A stretch of 64,000 bases of DNA from Botryllus schlosseri (Eukaryota), in assembly GCA_051294905.1 (NCBI GenBank), contig CM119380.1, positions 18,848,001 through 18,912,000 of the forward strand, read 5' to 3'. The notes under the pieces are model-generated. The model saw nothing but the letters and a program-made list of their open reading frames with translations, did not search any database and was not told the DNA's origin. Shown in pieces: positions 63,986 to 64,000 of this stretch (the first letter of the stretch is position 1; each line of letters begins with the position of its first letter). The position numbers were made by a program, and so were the translations under genes.

Positions 63986-64000
63986 GTATGTCACTCTCAT

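Overview
Eukaryotic genomic DNA with spliceosomal introns, many of only 57-65 bp. Gene structure and repeats suggest an invertebrate chordate such as an ascidian, but that is inference. Two plus-strand genes can be assembled in frame by hand. (1) The 3' 20 exons of a CSPP1 (centrosome/spindle-pole protein 1) orthologue, 142-16081, with the 5' end outside the window. (2) The 5' 17 exons of a laminin alpha-1/2-type chain, 34322-63985 and continuing beyond the window (LN, 4 LE, L4, LE), including one GC-AG intron. The most interesting signal is at the laminin N-terminus. Exon 1 has an open leader of 89-156 codons before its hydrophobic segment, like a type II signal anchor. Intron 5 holds a second, signal-peptide-coding, phase-compatible candidate first exon (57888-58247) that would give a chain lacking almost all of the LN polymerisation domain. 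Introns and the intergenic region contain many DNA-transposon derivatives: a 3.4-kb intron-containing P/THAP-type element with perfect 29-bp TIRs and a 7-bp TSD, several hAT-type non-autonomous elements with 8-bp TSDs (one only 40 bp long), a Tc1/pogo-type MITE, a tRNA-derived SINE and an L2-type LINE tail. All assignments come from manual reading and remembered family motifs; no searches were run.
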